From Eubacteriales bacterium (GTDB lineage: Bacteria; Bacillota; Clostridia; Christensenellales; JAWKQI01): 64,000 bases of DNA. The stretch is taken from assembly GCA_041390245.1 (NCBI GenBank), contig JAWKQI010000001.1:107558-171557 (forward strand), in the 5' to 3' direction. Made by a program: the position numbers and the translations under genes. Below are positions 7,399-16,121 of the stretch, one piece after another. Each line of letters starts with the position of its first letter. The first letter of the stretch is position 1. The notes under the pieces are model-generated. The model ran no database searches and was not told the origin of the DNA. It worked only from the letters and a program-made list of their open reading frames with translations.

Positions 7399-9932
7399 TT
7401 ACTTGCTCATATGGTTGCTTTTTAATTTAAACCTTTTAATCAGTTTAACAGCTTCGTACCACAAAACCGATACTGCAGCAATTGCAAAAGCAATCAATAA
7501 TTCACCTAAAGTAAGCGGCGAAAGTTTTAAAAAGGTATTGAGCGGAGTGTAAAGTATGATTACTATTCCCGCAATCGTCGCTACATTTATAATCCATATA
7601 ACCTTATCTTTAAAAAGTTTCTTTAAAGACGCAAATATGGAAGTTATATCGGAACTGTTTACCTGCACCAAAAATAAGTTTGCAATCATGATTATAACGA
7701 TACCCATCGTGCGGGCCAACACTGCATTTGAAGGGTCTTTTAAAATAAACCAAAAATAAGTGCCAAAGGACGCCAAAAATATTAAAATCCCCTGTATTAT
7801 ACTCTTTAGTAAAGTGCCCGAATTTAAGATATTTTCCTTTGGGTTCCTAGGGTCCTGTTCATTATATCATTTTCTGCCGGCTGTCGCTCGAGTACTATCG
7901 AACAAGTAGGGTCTATTATAAGTTCTAATAATACAACATGCAAAGGCAGTAGCATGAGTGCTTTAGGGTCTATATGAAGCAGCGGCGCTAATAAAGATGC
8001 AAACGCTATAGGTATATGTATTGTAAATACATAGCCTATTGCCTTTCTTATGTTATCATAAATCCGGCGCCCGTCTCGAATCGTATCCACTATGGTCGTG
8101 AAATTGTCGTCCATAAGTATAAGGTCAGCCGCCTCGCGGGAAACTTCTGACCCGCGCTTGCCCATTGCTATACCGATATCCGCATGTTTTAATGCAGGGG
8201 CATCGTTAACCCCGTCTCCTGTCATTGCAACTACCTTGCCGTTTTCCTTAAATGCCTTAACTATCCTCATCTTATGCTCCGGAATAACGCGTGAAAATAT
8301 GCTAACGTCTTTGACACGCTGCCTTAATTCCTCATCATCCATTGCATCCAATTCGTCACCAGTTATTATCTTGCCGCTATCCGGTATCCCTATCTGTTTA
8401 GCGATGCTTGATGCAGTAATACCGTTGTCTCCGGTTATCATGACAACGCGGACTCCGGCATTAATGCACCTGGCAATATCTTTTTTGACAGAAGGCCTCG
8501 GTGGATCCGCAAGGCCTACGAGCCCGCAAAGTTTTAATTTACAATCTGTAAGGCTTTCCGGAACAAGGGTATCACTTTTAAGTTTAGCCATTGCAACTGC
8601 AATAACCCTTAACCCCTTTTCAGACATTTCGGTAATTTTAATACTTAGGTCTGTCTTTTCATCTTCGTTTAAATCACAAAGGCCCTGAATGCGTTCCGGA
8701 GAACCCTTGGCCGCGATTATTACTTCACCATCGTGCCGCCAGACATGGCCCATCATCTTAAGCTCATTTGTGAAAGCATATTCGTATATGAGTTCTCCGC
8801 CGAATATATGCCCCCTTGGAATCCCTACTCTTTCGCAGTAATCTATCATCGCCTTTTCCATAGGGTCATAAGTTTCTGTTTCACAGGCAAGCCCCATAAC
8901 CTCACATAGGTCATTACTCTCACACCCCGTTGCCCATACTTCGCTGACAGCCATTTTGTTCATGGTTATCGTACCGGTTTTGTCTACGCAAAGCACAGAC
9001 ACTGCACCAAGTGTTTCAACTGAAGGCAACCTTCGAACAAGGGATTGCTTTTTTGCAAGCCTCCATGCTCCCATGGAAAGAAATACAGTTAAAATGACTG
9101 GGAACTCTTCCGGTATCATAGCCATTGCAAGAGTTATACCAGAAAGGATACTTTCAATTATCCTGTCATTAAAGGCATGATCCGATATATTAAACCAAGT
9201 AAGGGTAGTTACAAGTGCAAATAATATAGCCGCGATCCCGGCACTTAGCTTTACCAGCCTGCCCGTTTGCTTTTGAAGCGGAGTTTGTTTTTCTTCTGCC
9301 GAGGCTACGTTTGCGCCGATTTTACCATACTCGGTTGATTTGCCGATTTTATCTATAAGTATGGTTGCGCTGCCCTGTATTACCAATGTGCCTGCATAAC
9401 AATAATCGCGTCTCCAGTAGTCTTGGGTATTATTCCCCTCAGATACTACTTTCCACACGCCTTCTGATTCTCCTGTTAAGGAAGACTCGTCTACGCAAAG
9501 GTCGCTCAATTTTACGATTTCACCGTCTGCAGGAATTTTTATTCCCTCGGAAATAGTAACTAAGTCCCCGGGAACTATATCTGAACTAGCGATCACCGTT
9601 TCTTTTCCATCTCTTAAAACTGTGACCGTAGGTGCTGATAAATTTTTCAATGCGTTTAGTGTTTTATCGGTTTTCCATTCCTGAATTATGTCTACGCCTA
9701 TGATAGCGCTGACAAATACAAGCATTATAGCGCCGTCACGCGGTTCTCCTAAAATGAAGTATATAACTGCGGCAATAATCAATAAGAGGAACATAGGTTC
9801 ACATATGATATGCAAGGATTTTTTTAAAAAGTTTTGTTTTTAGGTGGGATAAGCTCATTTTTGCCATATTGCTCCTGAAGTATTTTGGCTTCTTTTGAAG
9901 TCAGCCCTTTTAAATATTTTACTGTTTGTCAT
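7399..9932 (-). pseudogene. P2-type (Ca2+/cation) P-type ATPase interrupted by three frameshifts
   Basis: ATG 9932 has GGAGG upstream. The protein continues through four pieces in different frames: MTNSKIFK / GLTSKEAKILQEQYGKNELIPPKNKTF* / the 663-aa ORF 7824-9815 (TGES, DKTGT, TGDN, GDGVNDAP) / NPKENILNSGTLLKS... joined to ORF 7399-7776. The breaks fall at homopolymers 9908-9911, 9819-9830 and 7850-7852. Confidence 0.8.
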
Positions 9933-10125
9933 AAAAGTTACCTCCGAATTAGCCTCTTGGCTTTTTTTAAGATAGCTCTATGGCACTTCATATCAACGGC
10001 GTATATACCTTTAAATAAAAATACGCATCTACGAAACATACCACTGTCCCGCAAATGTGCTACATTTGCTGCCGTTGATTACGGCCCGGCCCCACGAACT
10101 TAACATAAGCCCATCGCCTGCTCAG
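9933..10125 (-). promoter_or_regulatory. Structured GC-rich 5' leader of the ATPase (unclassified candidate cis-regulatory RNA)
   Basis: AUCAACGGC (10079-10071) pairs with GCCGUUGAU (10000-9992), enclosing the hairpin GCAAAUGU-AGC-ACAUUUGC (10069-10051). There is a GGGGCCGGGCCG tract at 10093-10082. Confidence 0.3.
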
Positions 10126-10348
10126 TTTGTACTGTATTGTATGCAGTGCAAAGAGATTTTTATATTATAGTTTATGTGCAAAACACTGTCAAGTGTTACT
10201 CAAAACTTCTTTTTTATCAACTTTGCTTAAATATAGCATTATTATATCAAAAAACATGAAATATATTATATAATATACCAATTTTTAAGGCTTTTATCAA
10301 ACTCACTTCTCTTTTCAGTAAAATATATGAGTAAAGGATGTTAAAAAT

Positions 10349-10786
10349 ATGGTCTACAATAGAGAAGCCGCGGCGGCCTATGCGATTCGTTACGCGCTTA
10401 CCCCAAACCCTAATTATATATATTATTCAGCCGATGACTGTACGAACTTTATATCCCAGTGCCTACGCGCCGGCGGAGCAAATAACGATTTTAACAGGTC
10501 ACATCCCTGGTGGTACCTCTATGGAAAAAACTCTGTTTGCTGGAGTGTTGCGCAGTCTTTATTCTGGTATATACGCGTATGTTCAGAGGAAAAACGTTTT
10601 GGCATCAAGGCAGATACTTATTACCTAGACTTAAATAACGAATATGAAAGCAAAATCGAAGGGAAGATCTTCATAGGAGATTTGATCCAATATAAAAATG
10701 CCCATGATAATATCGTACATTCTTCAATAATAACTGGATTTGATTCTATAACAAAAGAGCCGCTTATATCCCAGCACCACTTTTAA
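10349..10786 (+). CDS. Putative amidase-domain protein (Amidase_6-like), possibly frameshifted near the 3' end
   Basis: YNREAAAAYA...DCTNFISQCL motif. An adjacent +1 frame (10773-10856) reads STTFNGRNVTWRKPFKQTIFHHITDIN*. Confidence 0.55.
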   Translation: MVYNREAAAAYAIRYALTPNPNYIYYSADDCTNFISQCLRAGGANNDFNRSHPWWYLYGKNSVCWSVAQSLFWYIRVCSEEKRFGIKADTYYLDLNNEYESKIEGKIFIGDLIQYKNAHDNIVHSSIITGFDSITKEPLISQHHF

Positions 10787-10953
10787 CGGACGAAACGTCA
10801 CCTGGAGAAAGCCTTTTAAGCAGACGATTTTTCACCATATAACGGATATCAACTGAAAAATCCGGAGTTTGACTTTATGATATATAAATGCTAGTATTAA
10901 TAAAGTTTTTGGTTTAACAAAGATTTTTAAGTTCGATAGAGAGTTATTATTAT

Positions 10954-11586
10954 ATGATACTTATATTCTTATCCGCACTTACAATCGGTTTTTCAGGCGC
11001 TATAATGCCTGGTTCACTTCTTACTTATACTATCAAACAGTCTTTATCATTTGGCCCGCGTTCCGGTTTTATAATTACACTTGGGCATGCTTTTTTAGAG
11101 CTCATTTTGCTTGTACTTATATTTTTAGGCTTAGACATAGTACTTAAGTCCGATACAGCCCAAATCGTAATAGGTATATTGGGCGGGATACTCCTTATAT
11201 ACATGGGAATCGACATGATTATTAATTCCATAAAGAACAAAGTGTCTGTAAAGCTCGATAATGAAAAATCAAGTAATAAGAACCTGTTTATTTCCGGGAT
11301 GCTGATAAGTGCCGCCAACCCTTATTTTCTTTTATGGTGGGCTGTCATCGGTTTAGGTTTTGTCATCAACTCTTATGAAACACTTGGCTATATGGGCGTA
11401 GTCGTTTATTACATTGGGCATATCATGGCAGATTTTATATGGTATGGTGTGATATCTATAATAATCGGAACCACGCGTAAATTCATCAAAGACAAACCTT
11501 ACCGCATACTAATAGCTATGCTTGGTTGTTTGCTTGTCTTTTTCGGCGGAAGTTTTTTATTTAACGCTATAAAAAGTTTAATATAG
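10954..11586 (+). CDS. LysE/RhtB-family amino-acid exporter
   Basis: 210 aa, 6 TM, LysE-type N-terminus (GAIMPGSLL). Confidence 0.8.
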   Translation: MILIFLSALTIGFSGAIMPGSLLTYTIKQSLSFGPRSGFIITLGHAFLELILLVLIFLGLDIVLKSDTAQIVIGILGGILLIYMGIDMIINSIKNKVSVKLDNEKSSNKNLFISGMLISAANPYFLLWWAVIGLGFVINSYETLGYMGVVVYYIGHIMADFIWYGVISIIIGTTRKFIKDKPYRILIAMLGCLLVFFGGSFLFNAIKSLI

Positions 11587-11601
11587 TTCCTCTATTAAGC
11601 A

Positions 11602-12360
11602 CTAAAGCCCTGATTTTACTTCACTGTCATATTGTGACTGCTCTCCCGGAGACATGCTTATTGATGCAAGCACTTTTTTCCTCTCAGCGTCATCCTTGAT
11701 CTTATTTGCAGCTTCAATTCTAAAATCATAGTCTTTCGATCTATCCTGTGCTATGGATATTAAGATTTCCCGCTTTATAATATGCTTTAACGCCTCGCTT
11801 CGCACACGATATAATTTAGCATTATTCGCAATGTTTTGTAATAAGGTTTGGTCTTCAATCTCCCCAACTATATCACAGCCCGTTGTTTCGTATATTGCGC
11901 CCTGTGCTTCAAGTGCCCTTTGTTCAAAATAGGTCTTTTTGCTAATATGGCAGTTTATGCAGACATCACCTGCCCATTTATGTGCAATCGGCCTTGTCGT
12001 GCCGCAAATTGAGCATTTCTCAATACATTCGCCTTCTAAAATGTGAAAATCGTGCTCACTTTTTCGTATAGCGCCGCACCGTTCGCATATACATTTATTC
12101 CACTTATGTTCGGCCTTGCCTTTCTCTCCGCAAATCTCGCAATATTTAATACACTCTTTATTAGCTTTATCCCCTACAATCACCCATTTATGTTGCCTAG
12201 GTACTTTTTTCCCGCAAATTGAGCATACCAGCTGACATTTTCCTTCAACAGGAACGTAATGATGATTATTGCTGTGTTGCGACACAAAACCACACCTAAC
12301 ACATTTGCATCCATTCCATTTATGCCCGAATATCGTACAATATAATCCCATTATCTGCAC
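11602..12360 (-). CDS. Cys/His tandem-repeat (zinc-ribbon-like) protein with a helical HEAT-like C-terminus
   Basis: Five complete C-x(1,3)-C-x2-CG-x(6,8)-H-x-[WYF] units plus two partial units. Confidence 0.6.
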   Translation of the reverse strand: MQIMGLYCTIFGHKWNGCKCVRCGFVSQHSNNHHYVPVEGKCQLVCSICGKKVPRQHKWVIVGDKANKECIKYCEICGEKGKAEHKWNKCICERCGAIRKSEHDFHILEGECIEKCSICGTTRPIAHKWAGDVCINCHISKKTYFEQRALEAQGAIYETTGCDIVGEIEDQTLLQNIANNAKLYRVRSEALKHIIKREILISIAQDRSKDYDFRIEAANKIKDDAERKKVLASISMSPGEQSQYDSEVKSGL

Positions 12361-12514
12361 CTCTAAATTTTTGTTTTGCTTTTGCTTATTACAACAACAT
12401 TATATGGTAAAAGGCTGATGTATTCAATAAAATCCATAAGCTATCTGGCTAGATGCCTGCCCTTTATAATAGCCTTCAACATAAATCTTTATCAACACAC
12501 ATAAAAGTAAATGA

Positions 12515-12571
12515 GAATTATGCCGGCGTTTTAAATCATAGAATTTTTAAATACTATAACGCCGGCAATTC
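12515..12571 (+). repeat. GC-rich inverted repeat abutting the RBS of the C45-like gene
   Basis: GAATTATGCCGGCGTT (12515-12530), 27 nt, then AACGCCGGCAATTC (12558-12571). GGAGG at 12575-12579 and ATG at 12587. Confidence 0.6.
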
Positions 12572-12586
12572 TCCGGAGGCAAAGTT

Positions 12587-14269
12587 ATGGAAGACAGTAT
12601 TCAAACAGAATCTCATTTTTCTAAGCTATATAAAGCATTTTCAGCCGATGGATTTAAGGTAAAGAAAAGGGCATATACTGAATCAGGCATGCTTGGTATA
12701 GAGGCTAAACATATGACGGCAGCGGACAGGGATACAGGCAAAATGAAAACCAGCTATTATCTCGAAGGAAATCCCTATGAACGAGGCTACCTATTGGGGC
12801 TGCTTGCGGAACCAGAAATCTCCGATATGTCAGTTAATTTCGTTGACAACATAATCTTTGACTTCATAGGATTGGATTTTTTAAATGTATTTCCATTGCT
12901 TCAAAAATTACTTGTCTCGTTTATTCATGATATTTCCAGAAGTACGTGGGAATCGCAGCCCAAGCACATACGTGATGAAGTTAACGGTATATTAAATGGC
13001 TGCAAAAAGAGCAACCCGAAAACTCCTGTCACACTCTCGCGTTTAAGCATAATGAACGTAGGAATAGATGTGCTATGCGCGCTTGTTTATACCGGCAGTT
13101 TCCTTCGCAAACAGGTGCCGCAGCTTGCCCCTAAAGATATACACCTTGCAATGATGTGCAATGCTTTTTCAATATTCGGCGCTGCAGCATCAGGCGGGCA
13201 TTTCTTTGCCCGTGATTTTATGTTTGCTTCCGGCGGAGTGCTTCAAAAAAACTTGGCACATATCATATGCCTCCCATCTAAGCAGGATAAAGTGCCTCTA
13301 AACCCTCATGTAAGCATAACTGCCCCCGGAATGATCGGCAGCATAAGCGCCATGAACATTAAGGGCGTGGCCGCAGGGCTTAACATGTCGCCTGCTGCCA
13401 ATTGTGATATAGACCATGTCGGAATAAACTCAATGCTGCTTCTCCGCGAAAGCATACTTTATGGCAGCAGCGCCTCTGATTCAGCTGAAGTTGTTAAAGA
13501 TGCCAAACGTGGCGTTTCGTGGAACTACGTATTTTCAGACGGAGTAAGTGACACCGCCTGTACCGTAGAGGCTGGTGCATCTTTAAACAATATAGATTTC
13601 CTAAGCTATCCGCCAGCATCTTTACGCCCTTATTTGCCAGATGATAAATTCCTTTCGTCACATGAACCGGCACCTTTTAAAAACGGTACAATGACGCGCT
13701 GGTACGGTGCGCCTTTCCCAGACATATATTTTAAATTTAACGCCGGGCTTTTTGAATACTATAAAGCAAGATACAACCCTTGGATACGCCTATATAAAGA
13801 TGCCTTCTTACCTGATGGATTTATAAACCGTACGATAGAAGAAAAAAACTGCCCCTCTAACTTTTACTTTGCTCCTCAGCGCACACAGCAAGACGTATTT
13901 ATCACGACTAACCACTTCTTGCTGCCGCATATGCGGCTTTGTGCAATGGACCCATGGGTTGCATTGATAACTATTGGAAAGGTCAATGATCTGCAATGGC
14001 GATATGATGAATTAAACCATCAGGTAAGGCAGGAGCTTATTAAAAACGGCAGCATCAATTATAAAACCGCCAAACACCTGGCAGACTATTTATCTCCATA
14101 CGGAAAGTTCCCTGAGTATTATGAGGATAATCCAAAAAGCAGTGACGGTAAAGATATTCGCATAGAAGGATGTACCTCTTTATTTGATCTTAAGAATTTA
14201 ACAGTAGAAAGCCATTTTGGATATTATAAAGATAAATGGGTAAAAACAACGCTCCCTGCCTATTTCTAA
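12587..14269 (+). CDS. C45-family (acyl-CoA:6-APA acyltransferase-like) Ntn-hydrolase homologue
   Basis: EGNPYERGYLLG motif and a candidate nucleophile context (MMCNAFSIFG...FFARDFMF). 560 aa. GGAGG RBS. Confidence 0.5.
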   Translation: MEDSIQTESHFSKLYKAFSADGFKVKKRAYTESGMLGIEAKHMTAADRDTGKMKTSYYLEGNPYERGYLLGLLAEPEISDMSVNFVDNIIFDFIGLDFLNVFPLLQKLLVSFIHDISRSTWESQPKHIRDEVNGILNGCKKSNPKTPVTLSRLSIMNVGIDVLCALVYTGSFLRKQVPQLAPKDIHLAMMCNAFSIFGAAASGGHFFARDFMFASGGVLQKNLAHIICLPSKQDKVPLNPHVSITAPGMIGSISAMNIKGVAAGLNMSPAANCDIDHVGINSMLLLRESILYGSSASDSAEVVKDAKRGVSWNYVFSDGVSDTACTVEAGASLNNIDFLSYPPASLRPYLPDDKFLSSHEPAPFKNGTMTRWYGAPFPDIYFKFNAGLFEYYKARYNPWIRLYKDAFLPDGFINRTIEEKNCPSNFYFAPQRTQQDVFITTNHFLLPHMRLCAMDPWVALITIGKVNDLQWRYDELNHQVRQELIKNGSINYKTAKHLADYLSPYGKFPEYYEDNPKSSDGKDIRIEGCTSLFDLKNLTVESHFGYYKDKWVKTTLPAYF

Positions 14270-14292
14270 ACGATACTCAAACTCTTTGCTGG

Positions 14293-15150
14293 TTATGGGA
14301 CATATACATACTCCTCAAGGCATAGCCCCATTTCATACATTTCTCTAGCCGCTTCGACTCCTACATACCGATAATGCCACGGTTCATAAATCACACCCGT
14401 AATATGTTCCTTATTCTCTGGGTAGCGGAGAATAAACCCAAACTTATATGCGTTATTTTTAAGCCATTTCCCCTGCTCCGTTTCATCATAATCATCATCA
14501 GCTTCCTTATAATCTTCCGCCAAAATATCAATTGCCAGCCCAGTTGCATGCTCAGTACAATTTCCCGGCATAACTTTAACCGGGTTTGTATAAGGGTCGC
14601 TGCCATAATTTTTATCTTCATTTAACTTTTCCTGGTATAACGTATCCTGATACGAAACACTGCGGTAAGCACTAGTAATAATAAATTGAGTTACACCGTC
14701 TTCTTTAGCTGCCTTAAACATTTCATTTGCCGCTTCGCCTGCCACCTCATTAATAGATGCATGCTCGTTTAATGCTACCAATCCTTTTTCAAAAACAGTC
14801 CCCATTTTTACCATTCCATCCGGGCGTTTATCTGAAGTAAGCGGATGCTCCCAGTTTACCAGCATCAAAAAGCCTTCTGCCTTTTTTTTATTAAATGAAG
14901 CTGCTGGGGTATCAGTGTCTATTTGCTCGGAAGTCACCCCTGCTACTTGGCTATCTAAATCTGTTCTCACAAATCCTATCGCTTCATCAGATACAATTTT
15001 TATCGCTATCACGACGGCTAAAATAAATAATATAATTATGAAAATCAATCTAAATATTACATTCTTTTTAGTGGTCCAGCGTTTTTTGCGCCGGTATCTT
15101 TTTAACAGATTTCTTATTTTAATCCACTCCGTCCTTCTCAAAACCGACAA
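14293..15150 (-). CDS. VanY/M15B-type D-Ala-D-Ala carboxypeptidase, membrane anchored
   Basis: SAYRSVSYQ, EHATGLAIDI and EPWHYRYVG motifs with an N-terminal TM. The start codon is uncertain (TTG, no clear SD). Confidence 0.8.
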   Translation of the reverse strand: MSVLRRTEWIKIRNLLKRYRRKKRWTTKKNVIFRLIFIIILFILAVVIAIKIVSDEAIGFVRTDLDSQVAGVTSEQIDTDTPAASFNKKKAEGFLMLVNWEHPLTSDKRPDGMVKMGTVFEKGLVALNEHASINEVAGEAANEMFKAAKEDGVTQFIITSAYRSVSYQDTLYQEKLNEDKNYGSDPYTNPVKVMPGNCTEHATGLAIDILAEDYKEADDDYDETEQGKWLKNNAYKFGFILRYPENKEHITGVIYEPWHYRYVGVEAAREMYEMGLCLEEYVYVP

Positions 15151-15266
15151 GATATATTGTCTAATTTGCTTTTTTGACCGTATTAAAAAACACCGGCCTT
15201 TTATATCTTAAAAAACCGATGTCATCAAATCTTACTTGAAATGTATACAACTTGTGTTATTTTTAT

Positions 15267-16121
15267 TTACTCTACCATATCATTGGGTATAAACTGTATA
15301 CGATCCCAGTTTTCTCCTAAAATATTTATAGATTTTACGATGCCAAAACCCTGGTCCTCAAGCGGGAAGAACAAATTCAAAGCATTATTTATAATGGTAG
15401 CGCTGCTCTTTTCACTAGTATCATATACGACTTCTTCTTTTGCAAAGTATTGTTCTGCTTCCGCTATTTTAAGCTTATCCTCAAGCCCTATGGTCTTTGC
15501 ATAGGCAGATACCCCGCAAGATTCACTGAAATGTATGAATGAAGAATAATAATAACTTATGCAGTAAGGATTGCCTGTTAGCGTATCACAATAAATTTCC
15601 AAAAAATAAATCGGCCAGTTCTTTACGGTAACAGTTTCATTATAATATGGCTCCCATTGATATGTGACCTGCCAATATGGAATTTTCGTAGAGCCGCTGG
15701 GGCTCTCATATAAAACGGCATCGATCATTGCATATGATAACAAAGTATCCGCCGCAACAGTTGGCAAACCAAGGTTTGCGTAGATTTCAGAATTGAATTC
15801 GTCTATCCAATCGGGCAAATAATCATTTATTTTTTTTATTACTTCTTCTATTGAAAGTTCAGATGAGTAGGCGCTTCTCGTACTCTTTATATTAATATCT
15901 GCGTTGCAGAATATATTTACCCGTTCTTCAAACGAAACCGCCTGGCTTAGATAATTTGTGTCCTCATCTGCTTGCAACGTAAAAACCTTATTTAATGTCT
16001 CTTTTTCCTGAGCCTTTGATAAGGCCACAGGTACAGCAACGCTTATAAATACAAATACCAATACAATTAAAGTCCAAAAAATATATATAAGAAACCTTTT
16101 ATATGCAAGGAACCCTTTCAC
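15267..16121 (-). CDS. Hypothetical N-terminally anchored protein, translationally coupled to the sensor kinase
   Basis: GTGA overlap with the kinase stop (16118-16121). AAGGAGAAGAGGA SD lies inside the kinase 3' end. No recognisable domain. Confidence 0.6.
   Translation of the reverse strand: MKGFLAYKRFLIYIFWTLIVLVFVFISVAVPVALSKAQEKETLNKVFTLQADEDTNYLSQAVSFEERVNIFCNADINIKSTRSAYSSELSIEEVIKKINDYLPDWIDEFNSEIYANLGLPTVAADTLLSYAMIDAVLYESPSGSTKIPYWQVTYQWEPYYNETVTVKNWPIYFLEIYCDTLTGNPYCISYYYSSFIHFSESCGVSAYAKTIGLEDKLKIAEAEQYFAKEEVVYDTSEKSSATIINNALNLFFPLEDQGFGIVKSINILGENWDRIQFIPNDMVE

Noticed and set aside
8092-8688. 198-aa plus-strand ORF. The same pattern applies to 26856-27506, 28239-28772, 22204-22740, 37435-37995, 48280-48879, 57584-58105, 58724-59269, 44419-44883 and other plus-strand ORFs in the track.
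   Set aside because: All lie antisense to well-supported conserved genes (ATPase, ackA, pta, iorB, rng, pbp2 and others). They have Ser/Ile/Leu/Phe-rich low-complexity translations, no RBS and no recognisable motifs, which makes them typical shadow ORFs.
9885-10103. 72-aa plus-strand ORF across the ATPase 5' end and leader.
   Set aside because: It has no RBS, and it covers the ATPase start region and the structured leader. It is better explained as non-coding.
10119-10139. The hairpin GTACTGTA-ttgta-TGCAGTGC, which forms only on the plus strand (two G-U pairs), considered as an independent plus-strand sRNA or terminator.
   Set aside because: It has no flanking promoter or U-run and is a short AT-rich stem, so I cannot distinguish it from chance.
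10338-10628. 96-aa ORF overlapping the start of the amidase-domain gene in another frame.
   Set aside because: The frame at 10349 carries the recognisable amidase-domain motifs, and this one carries none.
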